This document shows, in pieces, positions 11,427-20,610 of a DNA stretch of 64,000 nucleotides. A program made the translations under genes and the position numbers. The notes beneath the pieces were generated by a model, which was not told the origin of the DNA, ran no database searches, and saw only the letters and a program-made list of their open reading frames with translations. The DNA comes from Pseudomonadota bacterium (GTDB taxonomy: Bacteria; CALINM01): positions 7,688-71,687 of the forward strand of contig JAOABK010000006.1 in assembly GCA_026418415.1 (NCBI GenBank), read 5' to 3'. Each line of letters opens with the position of its first letter. Position 1 is the first letter of the stretch.

Positions 11427-12212
11427 GTGAAAATGGTTAAAATTGATGATAGAGCAGTGATATGTAAGGGAGCACAGATCGGTAATGACGTTGAAATTGG
11501 TGCTTATGCTTATATAGGGGAAAATGTAATTATCGGGGATAGGTGTAAAATATATCCTCATGCAGTGATTGATGGGTGGACAACAATAGGTAATGATTGT
11601 AGTATTTTTCCCTTTGCTTCAATAGGTATGGCACCTCAAGATGTTAAATATAAAAATGAGAAAACAGAATTGATAATAGGTGATAGAAACACTATAAGAG
11701 AATACGTTACAATCAACAGAGGGACTGTTTCGGGTAAAGGAAAAACGGTAATCGGTAATGATAATTTTATAATGACCTCGTGCCATGTGGCGCATGATTG
11801 TCATCTGGCGAATGGTATAGTTATGGCTAATTTGGCAACGCTTGCAGGTCATGTGGAAGTAGAGGATTATGCAGTAATAGGAGGTTTTACTGCGGTGCAT
11901 CAATTTGTTAGGATTGGGACTCTTGCAATGGTTGGTGGTGCATCCGCTGTTGCTCAAGATGTTGCTCCATATACAATAGTTTCGGGAAACAGAGCGAAAC
12001 TCTATGGGCTAAATCTTGTAGGGATAAAGAGGAGAGGAATTGAAGGGGAAAGACTTGAAGCACTAAAAAAAGCTTATAGATTAATTTTCAAAAGTAAATT
12101 AACAATTGCAGAAGCAAAGGAAGCCATAGAAAAACAAGGTTTATTAAAGGATGAGGTTGAAATACTTCTGAACTTCATTTTAAAAAGCTCAAGAGGTGTA
12201 ATACGTTGGTAA
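11427..12212 (+). CDS. lpxA: acyl-ACP--UDP-GlcNAc (or UDP-GlcNAc3N) acyltransferase
   Basis: Hexapeptide repeats, PQDVKY, HVAHDC, LAGHV, VHQFVRIG; start may be ATG 11433. Confidence 0.97.
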   Translation: MKMVKIDDRAVICKGAQIGNDVEIGAYAYIGENVIIGDRCKIYPHAVIDGWTTIGNDCSIFPFASIGMAPQDVKYKNEKTELIIGDRNTIREYVTINRGTVSGKGKTVIGNDNFIMTSCHVAHDCHLANGIVMANLATLAGHVEVEDYAVIGGFTAVHQFVRIGTLAMVGGASAVAQDVAPYTIVSGNRAKLYGLNLVGIKRRGIEGERLEALKKAYRLIFKSKLTIAEAKEAIEKQGLLKDEVEILLNFILKSSRGVIRW

Positions 12213-13105
12213 GGGTTGGGGTGATTGGTGCTGGTTATTTAGGTAAATTTCATATACAAAAACTTACAAATATCCCTAATTGTAAATTAACAGCAATTTG
12301 TGAAGTAAGTGAGGATATATTAAGTACATATAAAGATCATGGTATTTTTTTAACAACCAATTATAGAGAATTATTGGGTTTGGTTGATGCTGTCTCTATT
12401 GTAGTTCCTACGACTTATCATTATGAAATAGCTGAGTTTTTTTTGCGAAATGGGGTTCATATTTTTCTTGAAAAACCAGCAACTTCAACATCTCTTGAAT
12501 GTGAAAAACTGTTAAACATTCAACCACAGAATTTAATTGTACAAGTTGGGCATATTGAAAGATTTAATCCAGTGTTTAATTGGATTAAAGGAAGAGCAAA
12601 TAAACCAATTATGATGAACTTCATTAGGAAATCTCCTTTTACCAATAGAGGAACTGATGTGGACATTGTATTTGATTTAATGATACATGACATTGATTTA
12701 TCGCTTAGTTTTTTTCCTGAACCTGTAAAAATTGAAAATATTATTTCCGTTGGAGCAAAGATTGTTACAAATAAAAATGATTATATGTTTGCTACAATTA
12801 ATATTGATGATGTTATTATAAATTATGAATGCTCAAGGGTTTCATCAGAAAAGGAAAGGAAAATTACTATAATAGAAAAAGGTCGGGTGTTTGAGGGTGA
12901 TTTAATAAATTTTTCAGTATTCCAAAGGGAATTTAATAAAGAAGAATTAATTCGGATTGATAATAAAGTAGATGCTTTAAATGATGAATTAAAGGTTTTT
13001 ATAAATTGTATAATTGAAAGAAAAAATCCCCCCGTAACTTTAAAAGATGGATTGCGGGCATTAAAATGTGCCGAAAACATCCTTAAAACAGCTGAAAGGC
13101 AATAG
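12206..13105 (+). CDS. gnnA: Gfo/Idh/MocA oxidoreductase, likely UDP-GlcNAc 3-dehydrogenase GnnA
   Basis: GAGYLG, EKP, VGHIERFNP, DLMIHDID; lies between lpxA and lpxB as gnnA does in characterised loci. Confidence 0.75.
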   Translation: MVRVGVIGAGYLGKFHIQKLTNIPNCKLTAICEVSEDILSTYKDHGIFLTTNYRELLGLVDAVSIVVPTTYHYEIAEFFLRNGVHIFLEKPATSTSLECEKLLNIQPQNLIVQVGHIERFNPVFNWIKGRANKPIMMNFIRKSPFTNRGTDVDIVFDLMIHDIDLSLSFFPEPVKIENIISVGAKIVTNKNDYMFATINIDDVIINYECSRVSSEKERKITIIEKGRVFEGDLINFSVFQREFNKEELIRIDNKVDALNDELKVFINCIIERKNPPVTLKDGLRALKCAENILKTAERQ

Positions 13106-13109
13106 ATAA

Positions 13110-14243
13110 ATGAAAAAAATTTTTGTTGTTTCTGCTGAACCATCAGCTGAAATGTATGCAAGTTTCATTATTAAAGAACTTAAAAAAACAACAGATATAG
13201 AAGTTACAGGAATAGGAGATGCTAAACTTGAGGAAATTGGTGTAACACTTATTGGAAGAGCAAGGGAAATTGCTGTCGTTGGCGCGATCGAGGTATTAAA
13301 TCATTTTTTTAAGATTAAGCAAGTATTGAAAAAATCAATAAAATGGATTAAAGATAACTCACCAGAGATGGTATTACTATTTGATTTTCCCGATTTTAAT
13401 TTTTTATTAATTAAAAGGATTAGAAAATTTTACAAAGGGAAGATTGTTTACATAATTAGCCCTCAAATATGGGCATGGAGGAAAAAAAGGAAGTATTTCA
13501 TTAAAAAAAATGTGGATAAAATGATTGTAATTTTGCCATTTGAAAAGGATATTTACAAAGAAATCGGCTATGAAGTAGATTATTTGGGGCATCCACTTGT
13601 TGACGTTGTTAGAGTAGATAAATCCCCTCAAGATTTTAAATCAGAAATAGGGATTAAATCTGATAAAAAGCTTATTACTATCTTCCCCGGTAGTAGGATA
13701 AAAGAAATTAAAAATCATATGAGCGTCTTAAACGAATCAATTAATTATTTAAAAAAGAAGTATGCCGACATAGAGTTTTTATTCGTTCTTGCAAATGAAC
13801 ATTTTATTGATTATGTAAATAGTTCTCTTACAAATAAATCTAGGGTTCATGTTATAGCAGGTCAAAATTATAATGCAATCAATGCTTCTTATCTAATAAT
13901 TGCTAAATCTGGAACAGTGACATTAGAAACAGCAATACTTGAAAAACCAGCGGTAGTTTTTTATAAGGTAAGTAAGTTAAGCTACCTCTTTGCCAAACTG
14001 TTGGTTGATGTAAAATTTATATCCCTTCCAAATATTTTAATGAATGAGTGTGTTTATCCTGAATTTATTCAGAATGATTTTAATGTTGGTAATATTACAT
14101 CATCAGTGGAAAGATTAATCGAAGATACAGATTTTTATATTTCTACTATTGAAAGACTTCAAAAGATAAAAAGTGTTCTTGGTGAACAGGGGTTTTTCTT
14201 AAGAGCTGCAAAAAAAATAGAGGAATGGCTTAATGAAAGGTGA
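13110..14243 (+). CDS. lpxB: lipid-A-disaccharide synthase
   Basis: EPSA, DFPDFN, SPQIWAWR, ILPFE, GHPL, PGSR, KSGTVTLE. Confidence 0.97.
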   Translation: MKKIFVVSAEPSAEMYASFIIKELKKTTDIEVTGIGDAKLEEIGVTLIGRAREIAVVGAIEVLNHFFKIKQVLKKSIKWIKDNSPEMVLLFDFPDFNFLLIKRIRKFYKGKIVYIISPQIWAWRKKRKYFIKKNVDKMIVILPFEKDIYKEIGYEVDYLGHPLVDVVRVDKSPQDFKSEIGIKSDKKLITIFPGSRIKEIKNHMSVLNESINYLKKKYADIEFLFVLANEHFIDYVNSSLTNKSRVHVIAGQNYNAINASYLIIAKSGTVTLETAILEKPAVVFYKVSKLSYLFAKLLVDVKFISLPNILMNECVYPEFIQNDFNVGNITSSVERLIEDTDFYISTIERLQKIKSVLGEQGFFLRAAKKIEEWLNER

Positions 14244-15987
14244 ATCAATAGAGATATATAAAAAGGTATTGCATTTTGTAAGACCCTATTGGAAATTATT
14301 ACTAATTTCAATGCTATTTATGTTGGGAGTAGCAGGTTGTACATCTCTTTTAGCCTACTTAGTTAAACCTGCACTAAACGGTATTTTTTTCCAGAAAAAT
14401 GCAGAGTTATTAAATCTCCTTCCCCTTGCGATTCTTTTTACTTATGTTTTTAGAGGAATTTTTAATTTTTCTCAGGATTATTTAATGAATTATGTTGGTC
14501 AGAAGGTTATAATGGATATAAGACAAAAGCTCTTTGAGCATATTCAAAAACTTCCACTTTCACATTTTTTAACACTTCCAGTAGGTGATCTTGTATCAAG
14601 GGCTACAAACGATGTTTTTATATTACAATCTTCTGTATCAAGATCTATTACAAGCTTGATAAAAGACTTTTTTACTGCTTTAGGTTTAATAGGAGTTGTG
14701 TTTTACAACGACTATAAGCTGGCAATCATAGCATTTATAGGTATACCTTTTATATTTGTACCCATATTGAGGTTTGGACTAAAGGCAAAAAAATATAGTT
14801 ATCGTGGTCAAGGAATAATGGGAAATATGCTCTCCTTTTTAAAGGAATATTTTTCAAGTATGAGAATAGTAAAAATCTTCAGTCTTGAAAATATGGGAAA
14901 AAAGAGATTTTTTGAAGAAAATCAAAGATATTTCAAAAATTATATGAAACAAATTAAGGTGAGAGCAATATCTGCTCCTGTCATAGATTTACTTGCAGCA
15001 GTAGCAATATCTTTCATAATCTGGTATGGTGGGAAACAGGTAATTTCAGGTAATAAAACTCCTGGAGATTTCTTTTCTTTTATTACAGCACTTGTTTTGA
15101 TGTATGAACCGATAAAAAAGATAAACGCATCATTAAACTCTATACAAGAAGGAATTGGTGCCTCAAAAAGAATATTTGAGATTTTAAGCCTACCAGTAGA
15201 AGAGCCAAAAGAGGGACAACTAATAGAAATGAAGGGGCTATTTAATGAAATTACCTTTAAAAATGTTTCCTTTAAATATAATACAAAATATGTTTTAAAG
15301 GATATAAGTTTTACTGTTAAAAAGGGAGAGAAGGTAGGAATAGTTGGACATAGTGGAGAGGGTAAAAGCACTTTATTAAACCTTATTCCAAGATTCTATG
15401 AAATAAATGAAGGTTCAATAATGATTGATGGAATTGATATAAGAAATTTTACCTTAGAGTCGTTAAGATCTCATATTGCTATGGTAACTCAAGAAGTAAT
15501 ACTTTTTAATTCAACTATAAAAGAAAACATAAGATATGGAAAACAAAATGCAACTGAAAATGAAATAATAGAAGCAGCAAGACATGCCTATGCACACGAT
15601 TTTATTATGAAAACACCAGAAGGATATGAAACTAATGTTGGAGAAATGGGAGAACTGCTTTCTGGTGGGGAAAGGCAGAGAATTGCTATAGCGAGAGCAT
15701 TTATAAAAGATGCTCCTATTTTATTACTTGATGAGGCAACATCTGCACTGGACTCTAAATCGGAAAGGGAAGTTCAAAATGCTCTAAATGAACTGATGGA
15801 AGGAAGAACCTGTTTTATTGTTGCCCATCGTTTATCAACATTATCAAATGTAGATAAATTAATAGTTCTTAAGAGGGGTAAAATAGTCGAGATGGGTTCA
15901 CCAAAAGAACTATACGAAAAAAAGGGAGAATATTTCAAACTATGTAAACTTCAACATCAAGGAGTAAATTTTGAAGTTTCTGAGTAA
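14233..15987 (+). CDS. msbA: lipid A ABC flippase MsbA
   Basis: TM domain plus NBD (GHSGEGKST, LSGGERQR, LDEATSALD); lipid A context. Confidence 0.9.
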   Translation: MKGESIEIYKKVLHFVRPYWKLLLISMLFMLGVAGCTSLLAYLVKPALNGIFFQKNAELLNLLPLAILFTYVFRGIFNFSQDYLMNYVGQKVIMDIRQKLFEHIQKLPLSHFLTLPVGDLVSRATNDVFILQSSVSRSITSLIKDFFTALGLIGVVFYNDYKLAIIAFIGIPFIFVPILRFGLKAKKYSYRGQGIMGNMLSFLKEYFSSMRIVKIFSLENMGKKRFFEENQRYFKNYMKQIKVRAISAPVIDLLAAVAISFIIWYGGKQVISGNKTPGDFFSFITALVLMYEPIKKINASLNSIQEGIGASKRIFEILSLPVEEPKEGQLIEMKGLFNEITFKNVSFKYNTKYVLKDISFTVKKGEKVGIVGHSGEGKSTLLNLIPRFYEINEGSIMIDGIDIRNFTLESLRSHIAMVTQEVILFNSTIKENIRYGKQNATENEIIEAARHAYAHDFIMKTPEGYETNVGEMGELLSGGERQRIAIARAFIKDAPILLLDEATSALDSKSEREVQNALNELMEGRTCFIVAHRLSTLSNVDKLIVLKRGKIVEMGSPKELYEKKGEYFKLCKLQHQGVNFEVSE

Positions 15988-16642
15988 GGAAAAAAAAAGG
16001 GCTTTAATTATTAGGTTTTTGCCAAATATTCTAAGTAAATTTCAAAAACTTTTATTTAAAACCATATCCTGGAAAACTGAAGGGTTAGAAGAGGGCAATA
16101 AAATCGAGACACCTGTAATAATTGCATTTTTTCATGGTAGAATGATGATGTTACCCTTTTTCTATAAACTCTTAAGACCGAATAGAAAGATAAAAATGAT
16201 AGTCAGCAGTCATTTTGATGGAGACTTAGTAGGCAAAATAGTCTCTTATCATGGAATTGGTACCCTGAAAGGTTCAAGTACAAGGGGTGGAGTAAAACTT
16301 CTAAAAGAAATAATAGGACTAAAAGATTTTGACATAGGTATTACCCCTGATGGACCTAAAGGACCAGCAGAAAAAGTAAAAGATGGGGTTATATTTATAA
16401 GTAAGTTAACAGGCTTTCCCATTCTTCCTGTTACATATAGTGTTAAAAAAAAGAAGATCTTAAATACCTGGGACAGTTTTATTGTGCCAAAACCTTTCAC
16501 AAAAGGGTTATTTATTTGTGGTGAACCAATTTATGTTCCAAAAGATATTAGTGATGAAAAATTTAAATATATGTCTCAAATGCTTGAAGATAGGTTAAAG
16601 GGATTAAATACTTTGGCAGATGAATTGGTAAAAAAAATATGA
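15971..16642 (+). CDS. DUF374 lysophospholipid-acyltransferase family protein (LpxJ-like secondary acyltransferase)
   Basis: FFHGR, SSHFDG, KGSSTRGG, TPDGPKGP, TWDSFIVPKPF motifs; precedes waaA. Confidence 0.85.
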   Translation: MKFLSKEKKRALIIRFLPNILSKFQKLLFKTISWKTEGLEEGNKIETPVIIAFFHGRMMMLPFFYKLLRPNRKIKMIVSSHFDGDLVGKIVSYHGIGTLKGSSTRGGVKLLKEIIGLKDFDIGITPDGPKGPAEKVKDGVIFISKLTGFPILPVTYSVKKKKILNTWDSFIVPKPFTKGLFICGEPIYVPKDISDEKFKYMSQMLEDRLKGLNTLADELVKKI

Positions 16643-17904
16643 TCATAATTTTTTTATATAATTTTCTTTTGTTATTTTTATGTCCCTTGGTTGTTATTTA
16701 CTTCTTATTTCAATCTATATTTATTAACAAAAGACGCGGAGGATTGCTTAGAAAATTAGGCTTTTATTCAAAAAATGATCAGTTTGAAAATACCATAGTT
16801 ATTCATTGTGTATCGGTTGGTGAAATTTTATCTGCTATCCCTTTTATAAACAAAATTTCACAAATGTTTAAAAAAAATATTATTTTAACAACCACTACGC
16901 AAACAGGTTGGAAGATCGCTAATGAAAAATTGAAAAACACTGTAAAGAAAATAGAATTTTTCCCTTTTGATTTTCCCTTTGCTGTTTTAAGTTTTATTAA
17001 TATATATTCGCCTAGGTGCATTATAATTACAGAAACTGAGTTATGGCCAAATGTAATTTTTTTTTCTAAATTAAAAAAAATACCACTTTTTGTAATTAAT
17101 GGAAGGATATCTGACAGATCATTTCCAAGATATAAAAAATTAAGGTGGTTTTTTAGAAAATTTCTTGATTATCCATTCTTTTTAATGCAAGGAGAATTAG
17201 ACAAAGAGAGAATTATTGAGATAGGCGCTATTCAAGAGAAAGTCATAGTTACTGGTAATATTAAATATGATTTTATGCTTGAAGATCAAAAGTTTAAAAG
17301 GGAAGATTTTGGATTGTCTAACAACGATTTGGTAGTTATAGCAGGAAGCACTCATAATGGTGAAGAAGAGATCATATTACAGACTTTTAAAGAGCTTAAA
17401 AATAATTTCAAAAACCTGAAATTGATTATAGCTCCTCGTCATCCAGAAAGATTTGGAATAGTAGAGAATCTGATGAAAGAGAAAGGCTTTAAATATACAT
17501 TAAGAATTGAAAATAAATTTACAGAAGAGGTTATGTTATTAAATACTATTGGTGAACTTAAAATTTTCTATTCTTTATGCGATATCGCTTTTGTTGGTGG
17601 TAGTCTTGTGAATATTGGTGGTCATAATATAATTGAGCCAGCTGTATTTGAAAAACCTGTAATTTTTGGACCCTATATGCATAATTTTAGAGACATTTCT
17701 GAATCTTTCCTTAAAAATGGTGGAGCCCTTCAAGTTAATGAGGAAACAATTTCAAAAAAATTATTAGAACTTTTATCAAATTCTGAATTAAGAAAGGCTA
17801 TGGGAAAAAAGGCGAAGGAAATAGTTTTAAAAAATTCTGGAAGTTTAGAAAAAACTTTGAACTTTATTTTGGATAAGTTAGATGTTAGAGAGAATAATCA
17901 ATAA
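16639..17904 (+). CDS. waaA: Kdo transferase
   Basis: HCVSVGE, ETELWPN, GNIKYD, AGSTH, APRHPERF, GGHNIIEPA. Confidence 0.97.
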   Translation: MIIIFLYNFLLLFLCPLVVIYFLFQSIFINKRRGGLLRKLGFYSKNDQFENTIVIHCVSVGEILSAIPFINKISQMFKKNIILTTTTQTGWKIANEKLKNTVKKIEFFPFDFPFAVLSFINIYSPRCIIITETELWPNVIFFSKLKKIPLFVINGRISDRSFPRYKKLRWFFRKFLDYPFFLMQGELDKERIIEIGAIQEKVIVTGNIKYDFMLEDQKFKREDFGLSNNDLVVIAGSTHNGEEEIILQTFKELKNNFKNLKLIIAPRHPERFGIVENLMKEKGFKYTLRIENKFTEEVMLLNTIGELKIFYSLCDIAFVGGSLVNIGGHNIIEPAVFEKPVIFGPYMHNFRDISESFLKNGGALQVNEETISKKLLELLSNSELRKAMGKKAKEIVLKNSGSLEKTLNFILDKLDVRENNQ

Positions 17905-18895
17905 AATTTGGTATAAGAAAGAATACTTTTTCTTATCTATAATTTTATTGCCTCTATCTTTGATTTATTACATTTTTTGGAAAATTGCCGATCTTTATTA
18001 TAACTTTTTACATAAGCCGAAAAAGCTTAACTGTCCAGTAATCAGTGTAGGTAATATATCTCTTGGAGGGACTGGTAAGACCCCTTTTATAATTTTTTTA
18101 ATTCAATATTTTTTAAATAAAGGAATTAAGGATTTAACCATACTTACAAGAGGATACAAAGGGAAGAAGTTAGGTGTTATAGAAGATAAAGAGGGCGAGC
18201 CAGATGAGGCAAGATTGTTAAAAAAATTATTTCCAGAAATAGTTGTTTTAGCTAATCCTAAAAGGCATGAAGCTTTTTTGAATTATTATTCTAATAAGAA
18301 GTTACCTCAAATTGTAATTTTAGATGATGGTTTTCAGCATAGAAGGTTGTTTAGAGATTTAGATATTTTAATGATTGACGGTTATTTAAATTTTGGTAAT
18401 GGATATTTATTTCCCGCTGGTCCTCTTAGGGAACCTAGAAAATCTATGAAAAGAGCAGACATAATAATAATTAAAAGACTTGATGGAGAAGATAAATTAA
18501 TTTTTGAAAAACCGATGTTTTACTTTAATATTCAGGACGTAATAATTAAAAATAAAGAAGATATAAAAATATCAAAGGAGCTACTAAAAAACAAAAAAAT
18601 TACAGCCTTTTGTGGAATTGCAAATCCAGAAGGTTTCAAGAAGACAATTATAATGACTGAATTATCTATTGAAAATTTTTTTGCCTTTCCAGACCATTAC
18701 AATTATACTAAAAAAGATATTGATACCCTTTTGGGTACTGACTGTGATGCATATATAACAACACAGAAGGACTGGGTCAAAGTTTCATATCTTTGGCCTG
18801 AAAAAAAAGAACTTTATGTTTTAATTCCAGAATTTACTATTAATGATAGAGATGGTTTTGAAAGGATTTTAAATGAAAAAATATGTTTTTCTTGA
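17882..18895 (+). CDS. lpxK: tetraacyldisaccharide 4'-kinase
   Basis: VGNISLGGTGKTP, LDDGFQH, PAGPLRE, FPDHY, TTQKD. Confidence 0.97.
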   Translation: MLERIINKIWYKKEYFFLSIILLPLSLIYYIFWKIADLYYNFLHKPKKLNCPVISVGNISLGGTGKTPFIIFLIQYFLNKGIKDLTILTRGYKGKKLGVIEDKEGEPDEARLLKKLFPEIVVLANPKRHEAFLNYYSNKKLPQIVILDDGFQHRRLFRDLDILMIDGYLNFGNGYLFPAGPLREPRKSMKRADIIIIKRLDGEDKLIFEKPMFYFNIQDVIIKNKEDIKISKELLKNKKITAFCGIANPEGFKKTIIMTELSIENFFAFPDHYNYTKKDIDTLLGTDCDAYITTQKDWVKVSYLWPEKKELYVLIPEFTINDRDGFERILNEKICFS

Positions 18896-19430
18896 TAGAG
18901 ATGGAACTGTTTGTGTAGAAAAAGAGTATTTAGATGATTATAAAAAGATGGAATTTATTGATGGTGTAGAGAAAGCATTGAAAATGATAAAACAGAAAGG
19001 ATATTTAGTGATTATAATTACAAACCAGTCTGGGGTTGCAAGAGGTAAATTTTCTATAGAGGAAGCAGAAAATCAAAAAAGATACTTTATCGATTATTTT
19101 CTAAAAAAGGGAATTAAAATAGATGGATATTATTATTGTCCCCATCATCCAGAGGGAATTATAAAGGAGTTTGCAATAGATTGTGATTGTAGAAAACCTA
19201 AAGCTGGGCTCATTTACAAAGCAATATCTGATAATAATATTGACTTATCTAATTCATATGTTGTGGGAGATAAGAAAATAGATATAGAGTTGGCGTTAAA
19301 TATAGGCGCCAAACCAGTTTTAGTGCGAACTGGTTATGGCATTGAGGAGGAAAAAAAAGTTTTAGTGAAAGACAAAATCCAAATTTTTGATAATCTATAC
19401 AAATTTGCTTTAAGCCTAAAGGAGGTGTAA
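18873..19430 (+). CDS. gmhB: D-glycero-D-manno-heptose 1,7-bisphosphate phosphatase
   Basis: FLDRDGT, TNQSG, CPHHP...CDCRKP zinc motif, VGD. Confidence 0.93.
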   Translation: MKKYVFLDRDGTVCVEKEYLDDYKKMEFIDGVEKALKMIKQKGYLVIIITNQSGVARGKFSIEEAENQKRYFIDYFLKKGIKIDGYYYCPHHPEGIIKEFAIDCDCRKPKAGLIYKAISDNNIDLSNSYVVGDKKIDIELALNIGAKPVLVRTGYGIEEEKKVLVKDKIQIFDNLYKFALSLKEV

Positions 19431-19436
19431 ATATCT

Positions 19437-19610
19437 ATGAGTTTATCAAAGGAATTATTAGAAATTTTAGCCTGTCCAAAGTGCAAACAGGAAATAAAGA
19501 TATCAGATGATGAAAAATGGTTAATTTGTAACTTTTGTAAACTTAAGTATCCAATTAGAGAAGACATTCCAGTAATGCTTGTGGAAGAGGCTGAAAAATT
19601 AGATGAGTAA
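19437..19610 (+). CDS. Trm112/YcaR-family small zinc-finger protein (57 aa, missed by ORF track)
   Basis: MSLSKELLEILACPKCKQEIKISDDEKWLICNFCKLKYPIREDIPVMLVEEAEKLDE; GGAGG RBS upstream; family commonly neighbours lpxK. Confidence 0.92.
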   Translation: MSLSKELLEILACPKCKQEIKISDDEKWLICNFCKLKYPIREDIPVMLVEEAEKLDE

Positions 19611-20610
19611 TAGAATTTTTATAAGATGTCCCAACTGGTTGGGTGACATTATAATGTCAATTCCAGCAATAAGTGCTATAAAAAAAATTTTTCCAGATCA
19701 TAAACTTTATTGTTATGCTAGAAAAGAATATGTCTCAATTCTAAAAAGAGTTGAAAATGTTACTGAAATTATTGGCTTTGAAAAAAAAACTGTTCTATCA
19801 GAAATTTATAATAATGTTAATAATATTAAAAAATACAACTTTGAAAAAGCGATAGTCTTTCCAAATTCTTGGACATCAGCATTAATACCCTTTTTAGCAC
19901 AAATTCCTGAAAGATATGGTTATAATGTGAGAGGTAGAGGAATTTTATTTACTAACTCTATTGAGTTGCCCCACCATATACATGAACTTCACCATGTTTA
20001 TTATTATCTTGGATTGGTTAGGGGAATAAAGAATATGGATTTTAATGATATGCCAAAACTAAATGTATCTGATGAGGAGGTTTATGAATTTAAAAAGGGA
20101 TTTAGCCTTTTAGATAAGAAAACATGTTGCTTTGTTCCAGGTGCTGCTTATGGACCAGCTAAATGTTGGTTTAAAGAGAGGTATATGGAATTAGGCAAAA
20201 AATTAGTCCAAAGGGGGTATACAATTATTCTTGTTGGAGGTAAAGATGATGAAGTAATTTGTGAGGACATAAAAATAGGGATACAGGATTGCGTAATTAG
20301 TTTAGCAGGAAAAACTAAAATTGATGAGCTACCGGTTGTTTTAAAAAGCTGTAATTTCACAATCTCAAATGATTCAGGGCCAATGCATGTCTCAGCAGCA
20401 GTAGGTACTCCAGTAATTGGTATCTTTGGGTCTACCAATCCAAAAACTACATACCCCTTTGGTTATAGAGATCTTGTCATACATAAAGAGTTAGAGTGCT
20501 CCTATTGTTTAGATAGAGAATGTAAATTGAAAGTAAATAGGATGAAGTGTATGGAACTGATTACTGTTACAGACGTAATAAATAAATTAGAAGAAAAAGG
20601 GCTAATATAG
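19603..20610 (+). CDS. waaF: LPS heptosyltransferase II (GT9)
   Basis: PNWLGDIIM, PGAAYGPAKCW, SNDSGPMH. Confidence 0.9.
   Translation: MSNRIFIRCPNWLGDIIMSIPAISAIKKIFPDHKLYCYARKEYVSILKRVENVTEIIGFEKKTVLSEIYNNVNNIKKYNFEKAIVFPNSWTSALIPFLAQIPERYGYNVRGRGILFTNSIELPHHIHELHHVYYYLGLVRGIKNMDFNDMPKLNVSDEEVYEFKKGFSLLDKKTCCFVPGAAYGPAKCWFKERYMELGKKLVQRGYTIILVGGKDDEVICEDIKIGIQDCVISLAGKTKIDELPVVLKSCNFTISNDSGPMHVSAAVGTPVIGIFGSTNPKTTYPFGYRDLVIHKELECSYCLDRECKLKVNRMKCMELITVTDVINKLEEKGLI

Noticed and set aside
19334-19567. Minus-strand 77-aa ORF
   Set aside because: Shadow of gmhB and of the real plus-strand Trm112/YcaR gene at 19437-19610.
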